Source: Pseudomonadales bacterium
GTDB lineage: Bacteria > Pseudomonadota > Gammaproteobacteria > Pseudomonadales > JAHRWD01
NCBI GenBank assembly: GCA_016763075.1
Contig: JAESUM010000030.1
Location: 4,994-68,993 of the forward strand
Direction of reading: 5' to 3'
Length of the DNA: 64,000 nucleotides
The notes beneath the pieces were generated by a model that was given only the letters and a program-made list of their open reading frames with translations, did not search any database and was not told where the DNA came from. Position 1 is the stretch's first letter, and every line of letters begins with the position of its first letter. Below are positions 9,377-17,285 of the stretch, in pieces. A program made the position numbers and the translations under genes.

Positions 9377-10708
9377 ATGACAAAATTTGTATTTCATCAT
9401 AATCCTAAAAAACTACCTACGCATAGTGAAACATGCCACCCCGTTCAGATGTACGATACATACCAATGGAATTCATTATCAGCAAGCTGTATTGCGCGGC
9501 CAATAATTGGAAAAATTAGAGACCTAGGCTGTCGAGTATCGAATGATGCTTTTGATTTTCTTACGATTGCAATGGCTGTTACCGCAGCAGATACTTTTAG
9601 TAAAAGAGATGGGGCAAAAAATTCATGGTCACGCGAATTGGAACTTTATATTGCACTGCACTCTACTGATGTCTGGAACACTGTTTCTTCTGAACTTGAA
9701 AAAGCTTTAGGTTATTTAACTGGTGATATGTGGACTTTGAACTTTACTCAAGGAGGTTTACGTGCCCCAGCCCCTAAAAAAAGTAAAAAGGCTCGACAAA
9801 AACGAAAAAGCTTAAAGGGTCTGGATTGTGTTTGTTTGTTTTCTGGAGGTTTGGATAGCGCTGTTGGTGCAATTGACCTTGTTAATGGAAATGGAAAAAA
9901 ACCATTGCTAGTAAGTCATGCTTATAAAGGGGACGCATCAAAACAAAATATGGTCGAAAAAGTACTTAATACGGGTGCTTATTCAAGGCTTGCTTGTAAT
10001 GCTGATCCGCACCTAATTTCTTGTTTAGACGGTGAAACAGACATTTCTATGAGAGGACGAAGTTTTAATTTCTTGGCAATGGCTGTTCTGGGATTGTCAG
10101 CAGTACAAAAAGTTAATGGTGGAAATTTGAAGAAAATATTTATCCCCGAAAATGGTTACATATCTCTAAATCCTCCTTTAACACGCCGTAGAATTGGTTC
10201 TTTAAGTACGCGAACTACGCACCCGTATTTTTTGTCAAAAATACAAGAAATATTAGATACTGTTGGATTTGAGGTGCTTTTAATTAATCCGTACCAGATG
10301 AAAACTAAGGGCGAAATGCTGAAAGAATGCAAAGACCAAAAAGCGTTGGAAAAAGCTCTTCCTTCCACTGTTTCTTGTAGTAACTGGCATAGGAAAGGAA
10401 TTCAATGTGGTCGTTGCGTTCCATGTATTATTCGACGGGCAGCAGTTCTCTACTCAGGCTTTTCTGCCGACGCTCCATATGAATCTTTCAATCTTCAGCT
10501 CATATTAAGAGGAGGAAATGAAAAAGATGATTTATTGGCATTGGCAACCGCGAATATACGGCTTTCAAAATTGAAAGATGCTTCGAGATGGGTGCGCGAA
10601 AGTGGGCCGTTACCAGATGAGAAGAATGAAAGGCAAGAATTGGTTGGTGTTTTTTCAAGAGGATTGACTGAAGTTGGTGTTTTTTTGAGGGAAGAAAAAA
10701 TCCTATGA
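9377..10708 (+). CDS. qatC: QueC-like PP-loop ATPase, QatC-like
   Basis: PP-loop CLFSGGLDSAVGA at about aa 155 and a C-terminal Cys cluster CSNWH...CGRCVPC. Starts immediately after the qatB stop. Confidence 0.75.
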   Translation: MTKFVFHHNPKKLPTHSETCHPVQMYDTYQWNSLSASCIARPIIGKIRDLGCRVSNDAFDFLTIAMAVTAADTFSKRDGAKNSWSRELELYIALHSTDVWNTVSSELEKALGYLTGDMWTLNFTQGGLRAPAPKKSKKARQKRKSLKGLDCVCLFSGGLDSAVGAIDLVNGNGKKPLLVSHAYKGDASKQNMVEKVLNTGAYSRLACNADPHLISCLDGETDISMRGRSFNFLAMAVLGLSAVQKVNGGNLKKIFIPENGYISLNPPLTRRRIGSLSTRTTHPYFLSKIQEILDTVGFEVLLINPYQMKTKGEMLKECKDQKALEKALPSTVSCSNWHRKGIQCGRCVPCIIRRAAVLYSGFSADAPYESFNLQLILRGGNEKDDLLALATANIRLSKLKDASRWVRESGPLPDEKNERQELVGVFSRGLTEVGVFLREEKIL

Positions 10709-11430
10709 TGGATATGCATTGCCATATAGATTTATATTCTGATCCTGACGAGATTATTAGAGAATGTGTGCAAAATAACTTGTACGTTTTGTCCGTAACG
10801 ACTACCCCCCGAGCATGGAAAGGGACATACGCCTTAACAAAGGGTGTTCCTAGGTTTAAAACTGCTTTGGGTTTGCATCCTCAACTTGCACATGAAAGAG
10901 AGCATGAGCTACCTCTTTTTGACTCGTTAATCACAGAAACTAAATATGTTGGAGAAATTGGACTAGATGGCTCTAAGGAATATCTACCTTATATTGATAG
11001 CCAATTGCGAGTCTTTCGCCACATATTAAAGGAATGCCAAAAAAGTGGGTCGAAGATAATGTCAATTCATAGTCGAGGTGCTGTTTCATTAGTTCTTGAT
11101 GAATTAGAAAAATATCCTAATGCAGGAACTCCCATACTTCACTGGTTTTTAGGAACAAAAAAAGAGCTAAATCGGGCAATGAACTTGGGTTGTATGTTTT
11201 CAGTTGGGCCAGCTATGACTGTTTCTCAAAAAGGTAAGAAGATTATTGAATGGATTCCTAGAGATAAAATTCTCATTGAAACAGATGGGCCATTCGCAAC
11301 GCTGGATAAGCGAAAGCTTCGACCGATAGATTCGTTCTTGGTATTAGAATATTTGTCTAAGGAATGGTGCGCACCTATAGAAACGGTTAAAAATATTTTA
11401 AGAAATAATTTAAAAAGATTGATTTTGTAA
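10705..11430 (+). CDS. qatD: TatD-family metal-dependent hydrolase/DNase, QatD-like
   Basis: Contains MHCHIDLY (HxH), GEIGLD, HS and ETDGPF motifs. There is a 4-nt overlap with qatC. Confidence 0.8.
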   Translation: MMDMHCHIDLYSDPDEIIRECVQNNLYVLSVTTTPRAWKGTYALTKGVPRFKTALGLHPQLAHEREHELPLFDSLITETKYVGEIGLDGSKEYLPYIDSQLRVFRHILKECQKSGSKIMSIHSRGAVSLVLDELEKYPNAGTPILHWFLGTKKELNRAMNLGCMFSVGPAMTVSQKGKKIIEWIPRDKILIETDGPFATLDKRKLRPIDSFLVLEYLSKEWCAPIETVKNILRNNLKRLIL

Positions 11431-11440
11431 GCTGGCTTCT

Positions 11441-11659
11441 TTAGGTGCTGTAGAAATACCTTTTCAGAATTCTTGCTTGAGGTTTGACAGGTACCCTTGA
11501 GCCAATTTCTTGTTGAATGTTTTCGATAGATGCCAGTGCGTTTCTACGCTGGTGGGTGTCGGGATTGCTTTTCGCTAATTCATTGAAGCTCTGTCTTAAT
11601 AATACATGTAGCTCAGTTTTGTTTTTTGCGGCTAATTCAAACCTTGTTAGTAGTTTCAT
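11441..11659 (-). CDS. Hypothetical 72-aa protein (element backbone)
   Basis: Strong RBS (AAAGGAGAG) about 6 nt upstream of the ATG on the minus strand. The protein looks helical and charged, with no motif I recognise. It is convergent with qatD, with 10 nt between the stops. Confidence 0.55.
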   Translation of the reverse strand: MKLLTRFELAAKNKTELHVLLRQSFNELAKSNPDTHQRRNALASIENIQQEIGSRVPVKPQARILKRYFYST

Positions 11660-12316
11660 TTTACTCTCCTTTATTTGGAGACCGTGCCGTCACGATCTTT
11701 GTAAGAGAGAGGTCAGTGCATGGAGGGAGAACCGCACCTTTGGTTGCAACGTCAGAGGAAAAGCGTGCCTGTATGTATCAGGGCAAGCTTGCGGGGTATC
11801 AGATGCCCATGTGCTTAAATCTGTTTAAAAAGTCTGTTTGGTAGCGGTGTTCATTTTTTTGAAGGAGAGGGGGGAACTCACTTCATGATAATTGACGCTA
11901 AAACATTTTGGAGTTGCTGTTTGTTAGATGATTCTGAGGGGGAAAAGTCTTTCCCCTGCTTCAATCGCATGGATAAAACACCATGCGTTTTCCGACACCC
12001 CATTCTAGCAGGGACACCCTGCAACGACCCGTATCAAGAGACTATTGATGAACTCACCACAAATGACATGGCGAGTTCGCTTGGTTTTTTAGATTTCCCT
12101 TTTGGGGGGACATCAGAATATCACGCCTTTTTCCTCCATCAAGACATCCCCCTACCTTCCTGCGCCCAAGAAAAGCAGTGGGCTTCGTGCAGGCTGGGTG
12201 GTTCCGCCTGTCTGGATTCCGTCAAAAGTCATGATCTTTCGCTCGGCATACCTCGCTCTTTGTCTGGGGTTTTTAACCCCAAAAGGGGTGTGTTTTTAGA
12301 CATAGGAGAGAAAGAC

Positions 12317-12835
12317 ATGAGCGAAGAATTAAGAGTATATGTTGCCGATTTAGCGGCTTACAACAATGGCACATTACATGGCGTTTGGGTTGATGCGACA
12401 CAAGACCTAGACGACATGCAAGAGCAAGTCAGCGAGATGTTAAAAGCAAGCCCCTGCGAGGAGGTGGCAGAAGAATATGCAATCCACGATTATGAAGGTT
12501 TTGGAGCGTATAGCGTCAGTGAATACGAGGGGTTGGAATCCGTGCATGAAGTGGCTTGTTTCTTAGAAGAGCATGGAGAGGTTGCAGGGGATGTACTGGC
12601 GCATTTTGGCGATGATCTGGAAGACGCTAGGAAAGCCCTGACGGAAAACTATAACGGGTGTTACTCATCTCTTGCAGACTATGCCGAGGAGCTAACGACT
12701 GAGACCAGCGAAGTGCCTGATCATTTAGCCTTCTACATCGACTATGACCGCATGGGGCGGGACATGGAAATGAGCGGGGACATATTCACCGTTGAAACTG
12801 GCTATCAAGAAGTACACGTATTTTGGGCACATTGA
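12317..12835 (+). CDS. ardA: ArdA anti-restriction protein (inhibitor of type I R-M)
   Basis: 172 aa, very acidic. Carries LRVYVADLAAYNNGTLHGVWVDA...YAIHDYEGF...FYIDYDRMGRDMEMSGDIFTV...VHVFW, as in ArdA. RBS GGAGAG at ~12305. The track ORF (from 11885) adds 144 non-protein-like residues, which I exclude. Confidence 0.85.
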   Translation: MSEELRVYVADLAAYNNGTLHGVWVDATQDLDDMQEQVSEMLKASPCEEVAEEYAIHDYEGFGAYSVSEYEGLESVHEVACFLEEHGEVAGDVLAHFGDDLEDARKALTENYNGCYSSLADYAEELTTETSEVPDHLAFYIDYDRMGRDMEMSGDIFTVETGYQEVHVFWAH

Positions 12836-12849
12836 GGGAGGATGAAAAA

Positions 12850-13167
12850 ATGGAAAACAGGGAAGTTTTCAATATCACTTGGCAGGGAATTGAAGTTGAG
12901 ATTGTATGTCGTGAGCCTGCTTATATGAACAGTCACCGCAAATTTTATGGCTGTGGCATGTTTCGTATTGAGATTAGAAGTATAAGCCCAAAGCGTGCAC
13001 CATTGCCGATCACTGAGACAGGTTATAAATCGATTTTTATGACTGAGCCTGAGCTTGCAAAGCAAGGAGGGTCACTGAAATACGTGACCAGCTATATTGA
13101 GCAAGAGGCGAAAAGCAAAAAATGGCAGAAGAACCTAGAAAACTCTAGGCAGTTCAATCTCTTTTAA
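12850..13167 (+). CDS. Hypothetical 105-aa protein downstream of ardA
   Basis: RBS GAGGGAGGA overlaps the ardA stop, and the ATG is at 12850. No motif recognised. Confidence 0.55.
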   Translation: MENREVFNITWQGIEVEIVCREPAYMNSHRKFYGCGMFRIEIRSISPKRAPLPITETGYKSIFMTEPELAKQGGSLKYVTSYIEQEAKSKKWQKNLENSRQFNLF

Positions 13168-13204
13168 TGGATCAAAATGCGGGTTTCCTATAAAATGGTG
13201 CGCC

Positions 13205-13330
13205 TTTTGCCTCCCCCTAAAATGACTTAAATCTTGGAGGCAAAAAGCTACCCTTTAGGTAGAGCGCGCGAATTTTCCACATTGGCGGAAAATTCGTATT
13301 TTAAAATGGGTGTAAATTTAGGTGTAAATT
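13205..13330. repeat. Cluster of inverted and direct repeats at the island/prfC junction (possible att arm sites and/or prfC promoter-operator)
   Basis: IR TTTTGCCTCC (13205-13214) / GGAGGCAAAA (13237-13246). Hairpin CTACC-N5-GGTAG (~13248-13262). IR CGAATTTTCC (13269-13278) / GGAAAATTCG (13287-13296). Tandem GGTGTAAATT at 13309-13318 and 13321-13330. Confidence 0.5.
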
Positions 13331-13342
13331 AAGGCTTCTGGT

Positions 13343-14929
13343 ATGGTAGATAGTAATTTTCTTCAACAAATTCAATCACGTAGGACTTTTGCTATCATAT
13401 CTCACCCGGATGCGGGTAAAACCACCATGACTGAAAAGTTGCTGTTATTCGGCAATGCCATTCAGGTGGCGGGTACGGTTAAAAGTAAAAAGAGTGATCG
13501 CCATGCAACATCGGATTGGATGGCGATGGAAAAGGAGCGGGGCATCTCGGTGACAACATCGGTGATGCAGTTCCCTTATAAAGGCAAGGTCATTAACTTG
13601 CTCGATACCCCGGGCCATGCGGATTTCTCGGAAGATACCTACCGAACGCTCACGGCGGTTGATTCGGTGTTAATGGTGATAGACGGCGTAAAGGGCGTCG
13701 AGCAGCGTACTATTAAGCTAATGGATGTTTGCCGGCTTCGAGACACGCCCATTTTAACCTTCATCAACAAACTGGATCGAGATATTCGTGATCCGGTTGA
13801 GTTGCTTGACGAAGTCGAAGCTGTGCTGAAAATTCAATGCGCACCCATCACCTGGCCCATTGCTTGTGGCCGCCGCTTTTTGGGTATTTATCACCTCTAT
13901 TTAGACCGTATTTACCCTTACGTGCAGGGCTTGGGCCACACTATTCCCAGCGATAAATACATTGAAGGTTTGCACAGCCCAGAGGCGCGTGAGCTGCTGG
14001 GCGACGAATACGATATTTTGGTCGAAGAAATTGAACTGGTGCAAGGCGCAAGCGCTGAGTTTGATGTCGATCTTTATTTAAGCGGCGAACTGACCCCCGT
14101 TTATTTTGGCACCGCCATGGGCAACTTTGGCGTACGAGAAATGCTCGATGGCTTTATAGAATGCGCGCCAGGGCCGCAGCCCCGCGAAGATAACAACCGA
14201 ACCGTACAACCCACGGAAGAAAAGTTCAGTGGTTTCGTGTTTAAAATTCAAGCCAATATGGACCCAAAACACCGCGACCGTATTGCGTTTATGAGGGTTT
14301 GCTCGGGGCATTATCAGCCCGGCATGAAACTGCGCCACAGCCGCATCGGCAAAGATATACGTATCAGTGATGCGGTGACTTTTTTGGCCGGCGAGCGAAA
14401 CACCACGGCAGATGCATGGCCCGGCGACATTCTGGGTTTGCACAACCACGGTACTATTCAAATAGGCGATACCTTTAGCGAAGGCGAAGAGCTGAAATAC
14501 ACCGGTATTCCACATTTTGCACCGGAGCTGTTTCGCCGCGCACGCCTTAAAGATCCACTCAAGCTTAAACAGTTGAAGAAAGGCTTAACGCAGTTATCGG
14601 AAGAGGGCGCTACACAAGTGTTCTTCCCGCTTAACAGCAACGAAATCATTCTTGGCGCTGTCGGTGTTTTGCAGTTCGACGTAGTAGCCTATCGCCTGCA
14701 AGACGAATACCGGGTCGAATGTATTTATGAGCCGGTTACCGTGCATACCGCACGTTGGGTTGGTTGTGAAGATGGCATTAAACAGGACGAGTTCCAGCGA
14801 AAACAGTCGGATAACCTAGCCATCGATGGGGGTGGTTTTTTAACGTATTTGGCACCCACGAGGGTCAACCTAGCACTCACTCAAGAACGCTGGCCGGATA
14901 TAAACTTCCACGAAACCCGCGAGCACTAA
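13343..14929 (+). CDS. prfC: Peptide chain release factor 3
   Basis: 528 aa, near-collinear with E. coli RF3 as I remember it ([37 protein letters not shown]-terminal FHETREH). Confidence 0.95.
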   Translation: MVDSNFLQQIQSRRTFAIISHPDAGKTTMTEKLLLFGNAIQVAGTVKSKKSDRHATSDWMAMEKERGISVTTSVMQFPYKGKVINLLDTPGHADFSEDTYRTLTAVDSVLMVIDGVKGVEQRTIKLMDVCRLRDTPILTFINKLDRDIRDPVELLDEVEAVLKIQCAPITWPIACGRRFLGIYHLYLDRIYPYVQGLGHTIPSDKYIEGLHSPEARELLGDEYDILVEEIELVQGASAEFDVDLYLSGELTPVYFGTAMGNFGVREMLDGFIECAPGPQPREDNNRTVQPTEEKFSGFVFKIQANMDPKHRDRIAFMRVCSGHYQPGMKLRHSRIGKDIRISDAVTFLAGERNTTADAWPGDILGLHNHGTIQIGDTFSEGEELKYTGIPHFAPELFRRARLKDPLKLKQLKKGLTQLSEEGATQVFFPLNSNEIILGAVGVLQFDVVAYRLQDEYRVECIYEPVTVHTARWVGCEDGIKQDEFQRKQSDNLAIDGGGFLTYLAPTRVNLALTQERWPDINFHETREH

Positions 14930-15144
14930 CCAATAGCCAATGCAAAACTGGCGAACACGCGTTTTGGCCAGCGGTGGGTACGGCCTGCAACGCTGGCGTT
15001 TTAAGGTGCCAATCAATAGAATGGCTGGCTATTAGGTAATTTTTTCAATTACAAATTTCCCAATGAGCGGCCCAAAATTACCGGGCTGCATCAGCACTCA
15101 TCGCTGCGTCATTGTGAAGCATTCAGTAAAAAGGGGCTTAAGTT

Positions 15145-17064
15145 TTGGTTAGTTTGCCTGTTATCGTTGGTTTTGGCGGCATTAACTCCGCTGGGCGCGG
15201 GTCGTTTCATCATGCATATCGACGTACTTTGTTGGACGATTTACCCTCTGCAGTAGCCGAAGAAACCCTGGTTGATCTTGCCGTCCTGATGAATCAGGCT
15301 AAGTTCGAAAACGGCCAGCTAGTCGATTTAAACGGCGTCGCCATTTCAAGCATCAAAGGCCACTCAAGCCTGCACAACCATATTATTGATCACACGCTGA
15401 TTCGCCGTATCGAATCGCAGTACTTTGATCCTGCTGCGGTTCCTTTTCAGCGTAAAATGAAGGTAAACCCCTGCGAAGATCAACCGCTAGAATTTGTTGT
15501 TCGAGCAAAGCAATTACCCGCTATAGCACCAGAGGGCTGGCAATATCAAAGCCTTGAGGACGGCAAGGTAAAGGTTACCGTCGAACAAGGTTTCGACATG
15601 TTGCTGCCAGATACTAAAATCGCAGCAGTATCTAGCGCCGGACAGCTACCCACCGGTTTTGACCCAAAAGACTTGTACCCCTCGCGTAATCACCCACGTG
15701 GCCTTCAAATGGCCATTTATGCCGCCTCAGATGCTTTAGGTTCAATTGGCATCGACTGGCAAATCATTGCAGACTCCGTAGCGCCAGACCAAATAGCCGT
15801 GTACGCCAGTAGCTCCATGGGGCAGCTTGACGACTGCGGCACCGGCGGCATGTACAAAGCACCACATATCGGTAAACGAATCACCTCTAAACAACTCCCC
15901 CTTGGCTTCGCAGAGATGCCAGCAGATTTTATCAATGCCTATGTATTGGGTAATGTTGGCGCAACCGGTGGCCATATTGGCGCCTGCGCAACTTTCTTAT
16001 ATAACCTGCGCGCGGCTGTGAGTGATATCCAATCCGGCAAGCGCCGGGTTGTTTTAGTTGGCACCAGCGAAGCCACCATTAACCCAGAGGCGATGGAAGG
16101 CTACGCAGCTATGGGTGCTTTGGCGTCTGATGCTGAGCTGCTCGAGTTAGATAAAGCGCTGGGCTTGACTACACCAAATTACCGCCGAGCGTGTCGTCCT
16201 TTTGGTCAAAACTGCGGTTTTACCATGGGTGAATCCTCGCAATTTATCGTTTTGTTTGATGATAAATTAGCCCTCGAATTAGGCGCGCCAATTCATGGTG
16301 CCGTGCCAGATGTTTTTGTACACGCCGATGGCTACAAAAAATCGATTGCGGGCCCAGGCATTGGTAATTATTTAACCGTTGCAAAAGCGGTTGGAGTGGC
16401 GCGCGAATTAATTGGCGACGATGCCCTTCGTAATAAAACCTTTATGCATGCCCACGGAACCAGTACCCCGCAAAACCGAGTCACCGAATCGCATATATTT
16501 AATGAAATCGCCAAAACCTTCGGGATCGAAAACTGGCCCATTGCTGCTATTAAATGTTACATCGGACATTCATTGGGTTCATCTTCTGCAGATCAAATTT
16601 TAAGTGCATTAGGTGTATGGAAATACGGTTTGATTCCCGGAATATCAACCATCGATGAAGTCGCTGAAGATGTACATGCCAGTAATCTACGAATAGAGCA
16701 AAAATCTATCGATGTTGGCCCTGAAGGTATAGATGCATCCTTTCTTAACTCCAAAGGCTTTGGTGGTAACAACGCTACCGCGCTTGTAATGGCCCCCCAT
16801 GTAGTTAAACGTATGTTGGCTAAGCGTCATGGGCAGGCAGCTGTTACGCAATACCAATCAAAGTTAGAGGCTTCTACCCAAAGCGCTGAAGAATACAACC
16901 AAGCTGCAATACGCGGTGAGATTCGTCCGAAATACCAGTTTGGCGAGCAAATAAAAGATGGCGACGATTTAAAAATCAGTACAACAAAAATAGAGATTGA
17001 CGGCTATCGCCATTCGATTGACGTAAAATCGAGCGGTATGTACTCAGATCTAACTCGAAAATAA
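15145..17064 (+). CDS. fabY: Long (639-aa) KAS I/II-type beta-ketoacyl synthase, FabY-like
   Basis: N-terminus LPVIVGFGGINSAGRGSFHHAYRR. Cys-His-His triad contexts GACATFLYN, HGTSTPQN and GHSLGSS. The size and N-terminus match my memory of Pseudomonas FabY. TTG start per the track. Confidence 0.55.
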   Translation: MVSLPVIVGFGGINSAGRGSFHHAYRRTLLDDLPSAVAEETLVDLAVLMNQAKFENGQLVDLNGVAISSIKGHSSLHNHIIDHTLIRRIESQYFDPAAVPFQRKMKVNPCEDQPLEFVVRAKQLPAIAPEGWQYQSLEDGKVKVTVEQGFDMLLPDTKIAAVSSAGQLPTGFDPKDLYPSRNHPRGLQMAIYAASDALGSIGIDWQIIADSVAPDQIAVYASSSMGQLDDCGTGGMYKAPHIGKRITSKQLPLGFAEMPADFINAYVLGNVGATGGHIGACATFLYNLRAAVSDIQSGKRRVVLVGTSEATINPEAMEGYAAMGALASDAELLELDKALGLTTPNYRRACRPFGQNCGFTMGESSQFIVLFDDKLALELGAPIHGAVPDVFVHADGYKKSIAGPGIGNYLTVAKAVGVARELIGDDALRNKTFMHAHGTSTPQNRVTESHIFNEIAKTFGIENWPIAAIKCYIGHSLGSSSADQILSALGVWKYGLIPGISTIDEVAEDVHASNLRIEQKSIDVGPEGIDASFLNSKGFGGNNATALVMAPHVVKRMLAKRHGQAAVTQYQSKLEASTQSAEEYNQAAIRGEIRPKYQFGEQIKDGDDLKISTTKIEIDGYRHSIDVKSSGMYSDLTRK

Positions 17065-17285
17065 CTTATATATTTGCTTGCTGTATGATCATCGGAAAAA
17101 GAATGCGATCCTACGGTAAATGAGTAATTACTAACCGAAACAGCCTTTGTAATGCTGTTGTAATGTGTTATAAATGGCCCCGTTAAAATCGAATTATAAT
17201 AACAATAAAGAGTTGATATACAGCTCACCCAAAGGGGTTTTAAGCCCCTAACTTCAAATAATACAAAAATATACGGAGTGGCTTC

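Larger units (their letters stand above)
1..13400. mobile_element. Right-hand part of an AT-rich integrative element / genomic island ending at or inside the 5' end of prfC (left end outside the window)
   Basis: At ~13.4 kb there is a by-eye switch from AT-rich DNA with defence and anti-restriction genes (SLATT-SMODS, Abi, hsdR, qatABCD, ardA) to GC-richer housekeeping genes. The 175-nt junction is dense in repeats. The first ~17 codons of prfC share the island composition. No integrase or relaxase lies in the window. Confidence 0.55.

Noticed and set aside
11885-12316. The track ORF extends ArdA by 144 N-terminal residues (316 aa in total).
   Set aside because: The extension is Cys/Pro/Gly-rich and non-protein-like, and has no RBS. 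ArdA homology and a good RBS begin at 12317. I treat the extension as a non-coding leader.
13168-13342. A tRNA or tmRNA gene as the island integration site.
   Set aside because: I could not find a cloverleaf-compatible sequence or a conserved T-loop (GGTTCGAATCC-like) here or elsewhere in the window. The junction abuts prfC instead.
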